A DNA stretch of 60,851 bases, filler included. It is 6 parts of 6 records of this genome, joined end to end, with 100 filler letters (N's around TTAATTAATTAA, not from the genome) between each part and the next. Parts side by side here need not be neighbours in the genome. Positions count along the whole stretch, not along the records: positions 52,273 to 60,851 come from DRR723986_6343; 5 more parts are not named here. One strand, given 5' to 3'. Each line of letters starts with the position of its first letter. Position 1 is the first letter of the stretch. The notes under the pieces are model-generated. The model was not told the DNA's origin. It did no database searches and was given only the letters and a program-made list of their open reading frames with translations. This document shows, in pieces, positions 59,833-60,851 of the stretch. Made by a program: the position numbers and the translations under genes.

Positions 59833-60005
59833 GGGTCGCGCTTGTGCCCGTCCAAAAAACGCACAACCCTGTCTGCCGCCGCCTTTTGTTCGTCTTTCTC
59901 GGCCTTGCTCCGCCCGAACTTGATGCTGTTTTCCTCCGCACGCGCCTTTTTCCCGGCGCGCGCGCGGGTTTTCCGCACTTTGTTCAGGTTGATGGGTTTG
60001 CTCAT
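59829..60005 (-). CDS. DUF4169-like small basic protein (58 aa, not in the ORF track)
   Basis: [12 protein letters not shown]...[12 protein letters not shown]...[12 protein letters not shown] overlaps with both fumC and the RHH gene. Confidence 0.85.
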   Translation of the reverse strand: MSKPINLNKVRKTRARAGKKARAEENSIKFGRSKAEKDEQKAAADRVVRFLDGHKRDP

Positions 60006-60851
60006 TTAGGACCGATCATCTGCTCCGGCCGCACAACCTTATCAAAGGTCTCTTCATCCACAAAGCCGAGCGCAATCGCCTCTTCCTTGAGGGTGGTGCC
60101 GTTCTTATGCGCGGTCTTGGCCACCTTGGTGGCATTGTCATAACCAATGGTCGGGGCCAGCGCTGTCACCAGCATCAGGCTCTCTTTCATCAGCTTGTCG
60201 ATCCGCGCCTCATTGGCCAGCGTGCCCACAACCATATTGTCGGTAAAGCTGCTGGCGGCATCGCCAAGCAATTGCATCGACTGGATCACATTGTAGCTCA
60301 TCATCGGGTTATAGACGTTCAGCTCAAAATGCCCCTGCGATCCGGCAAAGCCGACAGCCGCGTCATTGCCCATCACATGGGCGCAGACCATGGTCAGTGC
60401 CTCGGCCTGGGTTGGGTTCACTTTGCCCGGCATGATCGAGGATCCCGGCTCATTCTCTGGCAGGATCAGTTCCCCCAGACCGGAGCGCGGGCCAGAGCCC
60501 AGCAGCCGCATGTCATTGGCGATCTTGAACATAGACGCAGCGACGGTTTTGAGCGCGCCAGAGAACATCACCATGGCGTCATGGGCGGCCAGCGCCTCAA
60601 ATTTGTTGGGGGCGGTGACAAAGGGCAGGCCGGTGATATTGGCAATCTGTGCCGCAACCTTCTCGGCGAAACCTTTGCGGGTGTTCAGGCCGGTGCCCAC
60701 CGCGGTGCCGCCCTGGGCCAGCTCGTAAATGTCGGGCAGACAGGCCTCAACCCGCGCAATGCCTTTGGCCATCTGGTGGGCATAGCCGCCAAATTCCTGC
60801 CCCAGCGTCAGAGGTGTGGCATCCTGCGTATGGGTGCGGCCGATCTTGATG
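60002..60851 (-). CDS. fumC: Class II fumarate hydratase (5' part outside the window)
   Basis: [47 protein letters not shown]. Confidence 0.97.
   Translation of the reverse strand, partial: IKIGRTHTQDATPLTLGQEFGGYAHQMAKGIARVEACLPDIYELAQGGTAVGTGLNTRKGFAEKVAAQIANITGLPFVTAPNKFEALAAHDAMVMFSGALKTVAASMFKIANDMRLLGSGPRSGLGELILPENEPGSSIMPGKVNPTQAEALTMVCAHVMGNDAAVGFAGSQGHFELNVYNPMMSYNVIQSMQLLGDAASSFTDNMVVGTLANEARIDKLMKESLMLVTALAPTIGYDNATKVAKTAHKNGTTLKEEAIALGFVDEETFDKVVRPEQMIGPK

Noticed and set aside
59608..60005. DUF4169-like plus RHH pair as a toxin-antitoxin system
   Set aside because: No toxin motif; both genes are translationally coupled to fumC, which fits a chromosomal operon

Overview
This window is not one locus. 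It is six contigs (1-7960, 8061-19081, 19182-30372, 30473-36643, 36744-52172, 52273-60851) joined by artificial N44-TTAATTAATTAA-N44 linkers. Gene content and order point to Rhodobacteraceae/Roseobacter-group alphaproteobacteria, possibly more than one genome. Most genes are housekeeping: rplM end, rpsI, ppk2, metA, guaA, parE, dapB, rbfA, queG, xerD, aroK, aroB, gpt, rne, tusA, ccdA, class I aldolase and fumC. Accessory parts are: a pcaQ-pobA-pcaC-pcaHG aromatic-degradation cluster followed by a GntR/racemase/two-ThDP-enzyme block; a MerR plus heavy-metal P-type ATPase pair with two operator copies; an island with an atypical LuxR regulator, a sensor kinase, a free receiver, a degenerate thermonuclease-like protein, HlyD and an Asp/His/CxxC-rich RTX protein; a redox-enzyme-rich surface polysaccharide cluster; an RHH-RelE/ParE toxin-antitoxin module after rne; and a P450 coupled to a membrane serine-hydrolase-like protein. 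The least explained sequence structures are two arrays of short perfect palindromes with symmetry-preserving substitutions (51872-51959 and 59243-59362); the second overlaps the 3' end of a small uncharacterised gene. No CRISPR array, rRNA, transposase or prophage was seen. All functional calls come from motif recognition by eye; no searches were run.
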